From NCBI GenBank assembly GCA_018657385.1, contig JABHXF010000034.1, positions 8,081 to 72,080 of the forward strand: a DNA stretch of 64,000 nucleotides. The letters run 5' to 3'. The DNA comes from Candidatus Woesearchaeota archaeon. Lineage in GTDB: Archaea > Nanobdellota > Nanobdellia > Woesearchaeales > DSVV01. The position numbers and the translations under genes were made by a program. Position 1 is the stretch's first letter. Every line of letters begins with the position of its first letter. Under the pieces are notes generated by a model, which ran no database searches, had not been told where the DNA came from, and saw nothing but the letters and a program-made list of their open reading frames with translations. Below are positions 9,987 to 18,543 of the stretch, one piece after another.

Positions 9987-10502
9987 CTAAGATTGTAATT
10001 CATCAGATTCTTCTTCAGTATCTTCTGATTGTTCTTCTGCTGTTTCAGGTTCTTCTTTTGTTTCATCTTGATCTTCTTCAGCAGCTGATTCATCAACATC
10101 TTCTTCATCAGATTCAGTTGTTTCATCAGATTCAGTATCTTCTGATTCAGTAGTATCTTCTTGTTCTTCTTCTGATTTAAGCTCTTGGCCCTTTTCAGGA
10201 ACAACTGTTTGAGCTTCCATCTCTTCTTCTAAATCAAAATCATCTTCTATGATCATTTTTTCTTCAGTAGCATCAACTTTTCTCTTTGTCTTGCTAAGTG
10301 TATAAGCTTTACCTGTGAATTTTTTATCACACTTTCTACATTGCCAGATACCAGCAGATTCCCTTTTAACTTTAACATTCTTACAAAAAGGACATTTATG
10401 TAATGCTCTTTGAATTTGCTCGATCTTTCCGAACATTTTCTTTGGAGTTCTACCATATCTTGAACCAAACCTTCTTATTGATTTTAATTTTGCTTCTGCC
10501 AT
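9987..10502 (-). CDS. rpl37ae: ribosomal protein L37ae (eL43) with an unusual C-terminal acidic extension of about 90 aa
   Basis: The N-terminal about 80 aa are SIRRFGSRYGRTPKK...CPFCKNVKVKRESAGIWQCRKCDKKFTGKAYT, the zinc ribbon typical of L37ae. An uninterrupted E/D/T/S-rich tail follows. Confidence 0.8.
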   Translation of the reverse strand: MAEAKLKSIRRFGSRYGRTPKKMFGKIEQIQRALHKCPFCKNVKVKRESAGIWQCRKCDKKFTGKAYTLSKTKRKVDATEEKMIIEDDFDLEEEMEAQTVVPEKGQELKSEEEQEDTTESEDTESDETTESDEEDVDESAAEEDQDETKEEPETAEEQSEDTEEESDELQS

Positions 10503-10536
10503 TTTAATACCTTTAATTATTATATTTTATTATGAA

Positions 10537-10640
10537 TGGGGCTGCCCAGATTTGAACTGGGGTCCTCTGGCATCTTTGAGCAATGCAGATGCAAAGCCCT
10601 CCCAAACCAGAAAGGATAGACCAAACTACCCCACAGCCCC
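10537..10640 (-). tRNA. tRNA-Pro(TGG): tRNA-Pro (anticodon UGG) with an about 30-nt intron after position 37; the CCA end is not encoded
   Basis: The reverse strand reads GGGGCUG UG GGGU AGUUUGGUCU AUCC UU UCUGG UUUGGG [intron] G CCAGA GGAC CCCAG UUCAAAU CUGGG CAGCCCC A. There is a 7-bp acceptor stem, a CCCAG/CUGGG T-stem and a UUCAAAU T-loop. It resembles archaeal tRNA-Pro closely. Confidence 0.75.
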
Positions 10641-10655
10641 TTTGGAGTAGGAAGC

Positions 10656-10665
10656 TATTTATAAA
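10656..10665 (-). promoter_or_regulatory. archaeal TATA box (TTTATAAATA on the minus strand) about 16-25 nt upstream of the mature 5' end of tRNA-Pro
   Basis: The minus-strand sequence reads ...CCATTATATTTATAAATAGCTTCCTACTCCAAA|GGGGCUG. Confidence 0.5.
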
Positions 10666-10779
10666 TATAATGGTTTAATTAGAGATTTATGATAGCTTTA
10701 TAAATGTTTTGGATATATTTGATTAAAGAAAGAGTTTTATTATAAATATGAGTAGATGAGATAATTATAGACAAAATCA

Positions 10780-11451
10780 TTAATTTTGGACATACCTTGG
10801 TACAGGTAAAGCAGGCCTAAACATTTCCAATACATCATTTTTAAGAGTGGGTACGGAATATTGGTGATTTATAGATAATTCTTCAATAGATCTTGCAAAA
10901 GGATATTCTTTTCCTTGAATTAAATCTACAAGAGATTCTGCTAAAATGTAACCATTATCTTGAGGCAAACCATCAATATCTTTTGCTAAAGGATGGTCTT
11001 GATATTGAGCCAAGTTACCTTTAAATTCTTCAGGATCTATAACTGACTTATCGGGAAAACCATATATAGAGATCTGGCTTGTTGAAACTACAATTAGTCC
11101 TTCACTAAGTTCTCTTAGTTTGTAAGCAACATTTTGGATAGTTGGATTAATATTGTCATCATTAATCTCATCAAAAGCCCTATATAAAGCATCAACCACT
11201 TGAGATCTGTGCTCATCTAACACCAAAGTATAGTCTAATAAGAAACCTGCTGCTATTTTCTTCCAATCTGGTTCAGAACTTGCTTGTAATCTATTATAAT
11301 GTATGTCAAAAGAAGGATTACCAAATATAGTTGGACCAGCAAATAAACAGACTAAACCAACCCCCCATGCAGAAGCATTTCCAACTTCATGTAATTCATA
11401 TTCATCCGAATCTTTTGGATAATGATATAATTGTACACTACTCATAGACAA
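10780..11451 (-). CDS. hypothetical protein (223 aa) with noticeably higher GC than its neighbours
   Basis: Intact ORF. Its composition is about 40% GC, against an about 28% background. It lies adjacent to a tRNA gene. Confidence 0.45.
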   Translation of the reverse strand: MSMSSVQLYHYPKDSDEYELHEVGNASAWGVGLVCLFAGPTIFGNPSFDIHYNRLQASSEPDWKKIAAGFLLDYTLVLDEHRSQVVDALYRAFDEINDDNINPTIQNVAYKLRELSEGLIVVSTSQISIYGFPDKSVIDPEEFKGNLAQYQDHPLAKDIDGLPQDNGYILAESLVDLIQGKEYPFARSIEELSINHQYSVPTLKNDVLEMFRPALPVPRYVQN

Positions 11452-11691
11452 AAAGTAATTAAGACAAATTTATAAATTTATATATAGTAAAAACATTAAG
11501 AGACAAATTATTTACTTGATTACTCCTGCTGAAGCAATAACTTTTAGAATTTCGTTTATTCCATCAAAATGTAATCCATTAGAAATATACCATCCTTCTT
11601 TTCTGGCAATATCTAATGCTTCCGAATAGGCATTTCCTAAAACATATTTTCTTCCTGTGTGATTTAACATATATAAAGAAAGGAGATTGTA

Positions 11692-12096
11692 TTAACTATA
11701 CCATTTATGATTTTTATATTTAATAATTAGTTTCTTAAAAATATTTAAATCAATATCATCTAATTTATTAATGTACAAACACCCTTTTCCGGATTTTATT
11801 TTGCCAAGTTTTTTTATCAAAGGTTCATTTTCCAAATAACATGTTAAATATATAGAAATATTAGCTTTTCTTGGAGCAACCCCGATATTAAACCATTCTA
11901 ATTCTTCTTTGCTATTTTTCCTGTTATACTTATATTTACCAAAACCTATAATAGTTCCCCACAGTTTAGGTTGTTTGCCAGTGATTTTCTTGATCAAAGA
12001 AATTATTGCTTTTGTATCTTTTTTTTTAGATTCATCACTAATAGAATTAACAAATTCTGTAACACTTTTTTTTGTTTCAATAGTTTTTAATACCAT
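11692..12096 (-). CDS. DUF1801 (YdhG-like) domain protein
   Basis: A 134 aa protein with a C-terminal GKGCLYINKLDDIDLNIFKKLI motif that is typical of the family. Confidence 0.45.
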   Translation of the reverse strand: MVLKTIETKKSVTEFVNSISDESKKKDTKAIISLIKKITGKQPKLWGTIIGFGKYKYNRKNSKEELEWFNIGVAPRKANISIYLTCYLENEPLIKKLGKIKSGKGCLYINKLDDIDLNIFKKLIIKYKNHKWYS

Positions 12097-12338
12097 TATT
12101 CTTCAGCCAATTCATCAAATTCTTTTCTCTTTTCTTCTACCCATATTTGCATTTCTTGAGGATCTTGCATTTTTTCTTTCATAACCTGCATTGCTTGCAG
12201 ATGATTTTGGTCTTGCTTTTGAAACATTTCTTTACCATGTTGCATGCTCATCTCCTTGATTTCTTCAAATGTTTCAGCACGAAATTCTTTATCACAAGTT
12301 TCAGGACCACCAAGTTGTTTACAAGTCATTTTTTTCAT
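12096..12338 (-). CDS. DUF1059-family small metal-binding protein (paralog 1)
   Basis: MKKMTCKQLGGPETCDKEFRAETFEEI...H, the family N-terminal pattern MKxFxCKdxGxxC. Confidence 0.5.
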   Translation of the reverse strand: MKKMTCKQLGGPETCDKEFRAETFEEIKEMSMQHGKEMFQKQDQNHLQAMQVMKEKMQDPQEMQIWVEEKRKEFDELAEE

Positions 12339-12565
12339 TTTTTATCCCACTCTCCTTTAAACCAATCCCACCATTTTTGCTTGTCTTCTTTGCTAGATTT
12401 CGCCATTTGCTCCCTTAATGATTTGTGGGCTTCATCAGTAGAACTCATAATGTGTTGACCACCTTTTTCTCCAACTTCTTTATATGTTTCGCCTTCAAAT
12501 ATTTCGTCACAAGGACCGCCCATTTCTTTGCATGTGAATTTTTTCATTTTAAATACCTCCATCAT
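12335..12565 (-). CDS. DUF1059-family small metal-binding protein (paralog 2, tandem duplicate)
   Basis: MKKFTCKEMGGPCDEIFEGETYKEV... It overlaps paralog 1 by 4 nt. Confidence 0.5.
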   Translation of the reverse strand: MMEVFKMKKFTCKEMGGPCDEIFEGETYKEVGEKGGQHIMSSTDEAHKSLREQMAKSSKEDKQKWWDWFKGEWDKK

Positions 12566-12956
12566 TAATACTATAGGTATTTGATTTATATAAATGTTAG
12601 TCCTTTAAGATATAAGTATTATAGAAAATGACTATTTGAATTTTTGTAGATTATATCAAAAATTCAATTACTCTTAATTCCAATGTTAAATCAAATAATT
12701 AAAATGATTATTTTAACACACCAGTAAGATATAATATTAATGAAAAAATAATTAGAAATAAAGCAATACTTAATGGCAAGATTGCTTTTTTATATCTTTT
12801 TATTATTTCTTCTTTGGGAACATTAGAATTTCCAACAAGTAATTTTGACCAATCCATAATCTATAAGCTTATGTTCATAATATATAAATATTCCTCATTG
12901 TTACAACACATTTAATTGTGGTTTGATTAAATTTCAGCGTTAATTGCATAGAATAA

Positions 12957-13850
12957 TCACTTTGTCAGCACAATTCCTTCATCCCATACTAATATTGTAT
13001 GTTCATGTTGACTTACCATGCCATCATTTACTTCAGGAAGAGGGGCATATTGCTGAATATTATTATTAAGTAAAAGTTGTCTTAAAGCTAATTTAACCCT
13101 ATTTAATGGAAATAATTTAACTAAATCCCTTGTTGAAAACGGCAATCCATTAAATTTCTTGATTTCTTCAAAAATCTTTCTTGCAAACATATCCCTAATA
13201 GGTTTATCTTGCTCTTGCATAAAAATATTAGCATGGCTTCCTTCTTTTATTCTTCCTGCCCCATCAGTTGCAAAAGGTTCAATAGCTATAATCATACCTT
13301 TCTCAAGTTGAGTTGTATCATTATTATCATAATTAGGTATAGATGGACTAGTATGAATTTCATATAAATCTAAACCATGGCCAGATAAATTTCTAATAGG
13401 TTGAAAACCATAGCTAGTAATAGTATCTTCAATTACTTTTCCTATTTCACAAAGCATTACACCAGGTTTGATAATTTTAATTGCATTTTCAACTGCTTTT
13501 TTGCTTGCTTCAACTAATTTATCATGTTTTCCAGATAAATCAAAAGTATAAGCAGTATCACCAACAGCTCCATTAAAACAAACACCAACATCAACTTTCA
13601 ATAGTTGTTTATCAAGAATTGTTTCATCTTCTGGAGTTGGAGTATAGTGGGCTGCGAAATTATCTGAGCTAAGATTAATTGGGAATGCTGGTGTTGCTCC
13701 AAGTTCTCTGATTTTATTTTCTATTTTTTCTCCAATTCCTAATAACTTAGCACCTGGTTTTATTATTGTTTTTGAATACTCTCTAACTTCACTTGCAATT
13801 TTACCTGCTTTAATCCAATCAGCATATTTAGTTTTTATTTCATCATTCAT
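12957..13850 (-). CDS. map: methionine aminopeptidase, type 2 (archaeal/eukaryotic type)
   Basis: HYTPTPEDETILDKQ...VDVGVCFNGAVGDTAYT...EPFATDG...HTILV. This is the pita-bread metal-ligand pattern of MetAP2. Confidence 0.85.
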   Translation of the reverse strand: MNDEIKTKYADWIKAGKIASEVREYSKTIIKPGAKLLGIGEKIENKIRELGATPAFPINLSSDNFAAHYTPTPEDETILDKQLLKVDVGVCFNGAVGDTAYTFDLSGKHDKLVEASKKAVENAIKIIKPGVMLCEIGKVIEDTITSYGFQPIRNLSGHGLDLYEIHTSPSIPNYDNNDTTQLEKGMIIAIEPFATDGAGRIKEGSHANIFMQEQDKPIRDMFARKIFEEIKKFNGLPFSTRDLVKLFPLNRVKLALRQLLLNNNIQQYAPLPEVNDGMVSQHEHTILVWDEGIVLTK

Positions 13851-13874
13851 TTTTTGTTCACCATAATTTATTGC

Positions 13875-14014
13875 GATAAAATCACCCCCTTGGCCAGTGG
13901 AGCTTACCTGACCTGATTAAAGGAAAATTGATTCATAAGGTCAGGTACCTTGATATCTTACGAATTAAAATGCAAGCTCCACAAAGACAAGGCCTTGGCG
14001 GCGATGATTTTATC
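13875..14014. ncRNA. candidate structured RNA, a long GC-rich imperfect hairpin of about 140 nt in the spoT-map intergenic region
   Basis: Nested helices are directly visible. GAUAAAAUCA pairs with UGAUUUUAUC at the termini. GUGGAGCUU (13898-13906) pairs with AAGCUCCAC (13973-13981). UACCUGACCU pairs with AGGUCAGGUA. The GC content is well above the surroundings. It could not be assigned to any known RNA family. Confidence 0.3.
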
Positions 14015-14028
14015 ATTAATAATATTTA

Positions 14029-15927
14029 TTATTTTGACTTTACTACATGAATAATCTCTTCCATCTTTTTAATTTCATTAATAACATCTTTTAATTTTAA
14101 TTCACTATCAACTTCAACACTTAATGTTGTTACAACTGATTCTTTTTTTGGTTTAGTATTTATATTTTTAAGATTTAGTTTGTATTCTGCAATTAAGTTT
14201 AAAACTTTTGCTAATGTTCCAACCTTATCCACCATAGTTAAAGCTAATTTTATAATAGGAAGTCTGTTTTCATCTTTCCATAAAACAGTTATTTCTTTTT
14301 TTGAATCCAAGGTATGAATATTAGGACAATCTTTTTTGTGAATAGTAATTTTCTTATCTTTAGTTAAAAACCCAACAATAGGATCTAACAATTTAGGAGA
14401 ACAACATTTAGATAGTTTAACAGGAGCTTTTTTACCAACAACATCAATTCGTTTTAAAATATCAATAGGCATTAATTCAATATCATCTTTTTTCTCGTGC
14501 TCAATTGTCATCCCCAATACTGATTTAATTTTACTTCTTGCTTTATTTGTTTTAACAAACTTTAACCATTGTCGAGAAGGTTTTGCATTTTTATTAATCA
14601 TAATTTCAATAATATCTCCTGATTCAAGTTTTGTTTCTAAAGGAACAATTTTATTATTGATTAATGCTTTTGAACATTTATTACCAATATTAGTATGAAC
14701 CATATATGCAAAATCAACAGTAGTAGAATCTTTTGGCAAAGTTATGGGGTCACCCTTTGGAGTAAACACAACCATCTCATCCTCAAATAAATCAATCTTT
14801 AATGTTTCAATAAATTCTGAAGACGTGCTTGCTAAATTACGCCACTCTAACATTTGTTTTAACCAAGAAATCTTTTTATCAAACAGTTGGTCCCTTTCTG
14901 TTCCTTGATAACGCCAATGAGCAGCAACACCATCTTCAGCCATGTGATGCATTTTTTCAGTTCTTATTTGGAACTCTAAAATCTTGCCACCCTCTGTTAT
15001 AACAGTCGTATGTAAACTTTGATAGCCATTTGATTTTGGTACAGAAATATAATCTTTAAATCGATGAGGAATAGGCTTATACATGTCATGAACTAAACCA
15101 ATAGCAGTATAACAATCAGGAATTGTTTTTGTAATAATTCTAACTGCAATTAAATCATAGATCTCATTAAAACCTACATTCTTTTTTTTCATTTTTTTGT
15201 AAATACTATAGAAATATTTTGCTCTTCCAGAAACTTTTGATTTTACATTCTTACTTTTTAATTGTTTTTTAATTTCTTTGATAATTTCAGCAGTATGTTT
15301 TTCTCTTTCATCTCTTTTTTCATCAATTTTGCTAGCTAAGAAACGATAAATTTCAGGTTCAAGATAACGTAAAGATAAATCTTCAAATTCTCCTTTTACA
15401 CTCCATATACCTAATTTATGGGCAATTGGTGCGTATATTTCCAAGGTTTGTTTTGCGATTCTTTTTTGTTTATCTACTGGAAGATATTTTAAAGTTCTTA
15501 TATTATGTAAACGATCTGCAAGTTTAATTAACATTACCCTCAGATCTTTAGCAGTTGCTAATAGTATTTTTCTTAAATTTTCATGAGTATAATCTTCTCT
15601 GCTACCAAAATGGATTTTATCAATTTTAGTAACACCTTCAACTAACCCAGCAATTTCATCTCCAAAAATTTGCTTTACTTTTTCAATCTTAATTTCAGTA
15701 TCTTCTACAATATCATGTAATAAAGCAGCACAGATAGATGCAGAATCTGCTTTTAAGCTTATCAAAATCTTGGCAACTTCAATAGGATGAGAGAAATATT
15801 CTTCACCACCAACTCTTTTTTGGCCTTTATGTGCCTTTTCTGCTAACACATAGGCTTTTTTGATTAGAGCTACATCTGCCTTAGGATTATATTTTAATAT
15901 TACTTTAACTAATTCTGATAATCTCAT
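14029..15927 (-). CDS. long RelA/SpoT homolog (RSH), a bifunctional (p)ppGpp synthetase/hydrolase with HD, synthetase, TGS and ACT domains
   Basis: HD motif HKGQKRVGGEEYFSHPIEVA...HDIVEDT. Synthetase motif DLIAVRIIT...RFKDYISVPKSNGYQSLHTTV. TGS-like region VFTPKGDPITLPKDSTTVDFAYMVHTNIG. A C-terminal ACT-like region is present. Confidence 0.85.
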   Translation of the reverse strand: MRLSELVKVILKYNPKADVALIKKAYVLAEKAHKGQKRVGGEEYFSHPIEVAKILISLKADSASICAALLHDIVEDTEIKIEKVKQIFGDEIAGLVEGVTKIDKIHFGSREDYTHENLRKILLATAKDLRVMLIKLADRLHNIRTLKYLPVDKQKRIAKQTLEIYAPIAHKLGIWSVKGEFEDLSLRYLEPEIYRFLASKIDEKRDEREKHTAEIIKEIKKQLKSKNVKSKVSGRAKYFYSIYKKMKKKNVGFNEIYDLIAVRIITKTIPDCYTAIGLVHDMYKPIPHRFKDYISVPKSNGYQSLHTTVITEGGKILEFQIRTEKMHHMAEDGVAAHWRYQGTERDQLFDKKISWLKQMLEWRNLASTSSEFIETLKIDLFEDEMVVFTPKGDPITLPKDSTTVDFAYMVHTNIGNKCSKALINNKIVPLETKLESGDIIEIMINKNAKPSRQWLKFVKTNKARSKIKSVLGMTIEHEKKDDIELMPIDILKRIDVVGKKAPVKLSKCCSPKLLDPIVGFLTKDKKITIHKKDCPNIHTLDSKKEITVLWKDENRLPIIKLALTMVDKVGTLAKVLNLIAEYKLNLKNINTKPKKESVVTTLSVEVDSELKLKDVINEIKKMEEIIHVVKSK

Positions 15928-16116
15928 GTAAATTAAGTATAAATCCTAAGTATATAAATCTTTTCACCAAAAACTTTATAAATGAAAATCACTAGGAGAC
16001 ATAAATAGTGTATTAGATATATTACTAAGTATATTATATTTAATAAAAAAAAGAGGCAACGTGAAATCAAAATTTTCACTGGTATCTTTTTTTGTAAACA
16101 AAAAAGAGGTGTAAAC

Positions 16117-16689
16117 ATGAAATTTTCAAAAAATGCGTCACTTAATCTATCAGTTAACGCAATTGTTGTGTTTGTATTAGCATTTTCTATGTTAGGTGTT
16201 GGTTTGTATGTTACTAACTTGATTAGAGAAAATGTTGGATCTGGAATAACATCTGTAGTTAATATTCAAGATCTAAAAAGTCCACCATCAGCAGAAGACC
16301 CAATTACAGTATCAAGAGAAGTAACTTTAAAGAAAGGTAAAGAAATTAAATTAGATATTGGTTATTATAATAAAGAAACAATAGCAGCAACACATGCTAG
16401 AATAGGAATCAGCAGTTGTATTACCCCAACAGGAGAAGAATTAGAAGGGATGGAAAATGGAGGTTCTGGAGAGGACACATTATTAGTTGTATCGCCTTTT
16501 GCATCAATGGTTGGAGCAAGTGAAGGGAAAGGATATAAAATTAAAATAGCAGATCAATCTGAAGCAGGAATTTTACCAACAGGAGCTTATGTTTGTACAA
16601 TGATTGTCTTTGACCCAGAAGGTGATGATAAGGGTTCAATAGACAATCCATATGAGGAAAAACAATTTTTCCTGAACATAGTATCATAA
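16117..16689 (+). CDS. putative pilin-like secreted protein with a class III (prepilin-type) signal peptide
   Basis: The N-terminus is MKFSKNA|SLNLSVNAIVVFVLAFSMLGVG, a charged head, a small residue and then a hydrophobic stretch. A strong GAGGTG RBS lies 7 nt upstream. Confidence 0.4.
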   Translation: MKFSKNASLNLSVNAIVVFVLAFSMLGVGLYVTNLIRENVGSGITSVVNIQDLKSPPSAEDPITVSREVTLKKGKEIKLDIGYYNKETIAATHARIGISSCITPTGEELEGMENGGSGEDTLLVVSPFASMVGASEGKGYKIKIADQSEAGILPTGAYVCTMIVFDPEGDDKGSIDNPYEEKQFFLNIVS

Positions 16690-16764
16690 AATAAAGTAGT
16701 ATTATTTTTTGTTTTTTAATTATATCAAAATAAAAAAATCAGTTAAAAAAAGAGGTGAATATTC

Positions 16765-17028
16765 ATGGCAAAAAGAAGAAAATCAGGAGCAAAAAAAGCT
16801 GGAAAATCTAAAGCTAAAAAACAACTAACAGAAGCACAAGAATTTGAGATTATGAAATTAGTATTAGACAAATTTTTATGGTTAGGATTTGCAATTATGG
16901 CAATTGGATTCTTTGTATCAGTATCTGGAGGATCATTGTTTAACGCAATAGCATATCTTGTTGCAGGAGCTTTAGTGTTAGTATTATTTATGATTTTAAT
17001 CGTCAAAGAATACGAAATCGTTAAATAA
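16765..17028 (+). CDS. small membrane protein with a Lys-rich N-terminus (87 aa)
   Basis: MAKRRKSGAKKAGKSKAKK... is followed by two TM helices. A GAGGTG RBS is present. Confidence 0.45.
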   Translation: MAKRRKSGAKKAGKSKAKKQLTEAQEFEIMKLVLDKFLWLGFAIMAIGFFVSVSGGSLFNAIAYLVAGALVLVLFMILIVKEYEIVK

Positions 17029-17051
17029 CTAAAAAAGAAAAAGGTGAAAAG

Positions 17052-17825
17052 ATGAAAAAGTTTTTTATATTTTTTATTATTATATTATTATGTTTCTTAG
17101 TAGGTTGTGGAGAAAAAGAATGCAAAAAAGATGAAGATTGCACAGCAATGAGTTGTTTTAGTGTAGCATGTGAAGAAAACCAATGTCTGAAAACACCACA
17201 ACCTGGTTGTTGTGGAAATCTAATGTGTGAAGATGATGAAAATTCATGCAGTTGTTCTAAAGATTGTAAAAAACCTAAGTGTGAAGGGAAAGTGGTAACT
17301 AAACAATCTGGAAGTAAAAAATATTATGCACAATATTTAGAATATATGTGTGTTGAAGATATTTGTATGCGAACTTTTGATGAAAGCGTTGTAAATAAAA
17401 TCCCTTTATTAAGTGAAAAGAAAGTTAACAACATGGATCTTGAGATTGGTGCAACATTTAATAAACCATTTGATTTAAGCAAAGATAAAATAATGGTTAC
17501 TATTACATTAAAAGACTTTGATGATAGTAAAGTTAAAATGCCATTTAAAATCAAAAAAATAAAAGTTATGAGTGGAGACATATTATATGGAGATATTAAT
17601 GTTAATAAAGAATTATTACAAGTTGGCTCTGGAATAAAAGAGTTTGTACAATTAACATTTAAACCTGAAGAATTAGAAAAAGAACAAAAACTAGAACTTA
17701 GAATTGATTATGAAGTAACTAAAGTAAATAATAAAGGAGATGAATTACTAAGAGATGATTTTAGTGAAACATTTTCACAAAAATTATTTTTAATTAATAC
17801 TGGATTGGCAGAACTAGAAGAGTAA
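17052..17825 (+). CDS. putative lipoprotein with a Cys-rich N-terminal module
   Basis: Signal plus lipobox MKKFFIFFIIILLCFLVGCG, followed by CKKDEDCTAMSCFSVACEENQC... Confidence 0.5.
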   Translation: MKKFFIFFIIILLCFLVGCGEKECKKDEDCTAMSCFSVACEENQCLKTPQPGCCGNLMCEDDENSCSCSKDCKKPKCEGKVVTKQSGSKKYYAQYLEYMCVEDICMRTFDESVVNKIPLLSEKKVNNMDLEIGATFNKPFDLSKDKIMVTITLKDFDDSKVKMPFKIKKIKVMSGDILYGDINVNKELLQVGSGIKEFVQLTFKPEELEKEQKLELRIDYEVTKVNNKGDELLRDDFSETFSQKLFLINTGLAELEE

Positions 17826-17862
17826 ATGTACTTATATATTAGGTACAAATGCATCGATTATA

Positions 17863-18534
17863 TTGAAAAAACAGAAATCATGTGAAACACAAAAGATGGC
17901 TAAAAGAATATACAAAAACAAAAAAGGTTTTGAGCTTAGTATTAATTTCATTGTTATGGTCATATTATCTTTAGTTATGTTGGGTGTTGGTTTTTTCTTT
18001 GCCAAGAATATTTTCTTTCATACAACAGAAATTGGAGAGCAATTGGATTATCAAACCAAACAACAGCTTGAATCAAAACTAAGAGATCCGTCTGCATTAG
18101 TGGCAATTGGAGTTAACAAAAAGTTAATTAAAAGAAACAATCAGGAAACATTTGGAGTAGGAGTTGCCAATAGAGATAAAGAAGAAGGATATTTTTTTCT
18201 AGAAGTTGAATGTAAAATTGCACAAATAAAAGATGAGAATGGTGATGAAACAAAAGATACTACTAGCTGCCCTGGTGACACAGAAAAATTTTGCTGTAAT
18301 GAATGGATTCAAAGTAAAATTTCAGGAAATAAACATGAAATAGATATTGGTGTATTAGAACCAAATGAATTTGAAGTAGCAACTGCATTCTTTAACATTC
18401 ATAAAAAAGCAGAACCAGGAGAATATGTTTATAATGTCCAAGTTAGAAGAAAAAAAGTAGGTAATAGTGGAACTGGTATTGGACAACCAACCAATTATGA
18501 TTCTGTGAAAAAGATATATGTTACTATACCTTAA
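17863..18534 (+). CDS. putative type IV pilin-like protein (class III signal peptide KKG|FELSINFIVMVILSLVML)
   Basis: A prepilin-like cleavage motif K-G|F-E-L precedes about 20 hydrophobic residues. The true start may be the internal MAKRIY. Confidence 0.5.
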   Translation: MKKQKSCETQKMAKRIYKNKKGFELSINFIVMVILSLVMLGVGFFFAKNIFFHTTEIGEQLDYQTKQQLESKLRDPSALVAIGVNKKLIKRNNQETFGVGVANRDKEEGYFFLEVECKIAQIKDENGDETKDTTSCPGDTEKFCCNEWIQSKISGNKHEIDIGVLEPNEFEVATAFFNIHKKAEPGEYVYNVQVRRKKVGNSGTGIGQPTNYDSVKKIYVTIP

Positions 18535-18543
18535 TTTAATTTG

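Noticed and set aside
9944-10468. ORFs 9944..10153(+), 9968..10204(-) and 10253..10468(-) overlapping the rpl37ae region
   Set aside because: They are alternative-frame artefacts created by the repetitive GAA/GAT-rich sequence that encodes the acidic tail of L37ae. The L37ae frame carries the conserved zinc-ribbon core.
10537-10640. Alternative reading of the tRNA as tRNA-Gln (anticodon UUG)
   Set aside because: That register gives G at position 32 and a wobble pair in the anticodon stem. The UCUGG/CCAGA stem with a U32-U33-UGG-G37 loop is canonical and matches archaeal tRNA-Pro much better. Gln is not fully excluded without a covariance-model scan.
13875-14014. Testing the GC-rich hairpin as 5S rRNA or an H/ACA RNA
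   Set aside because: It has only a single extended arm rather than the three-way junction of 5S. It lacks a pseudouridylation pocket with a balanced internal loop and an ACA box at the correct spacing.
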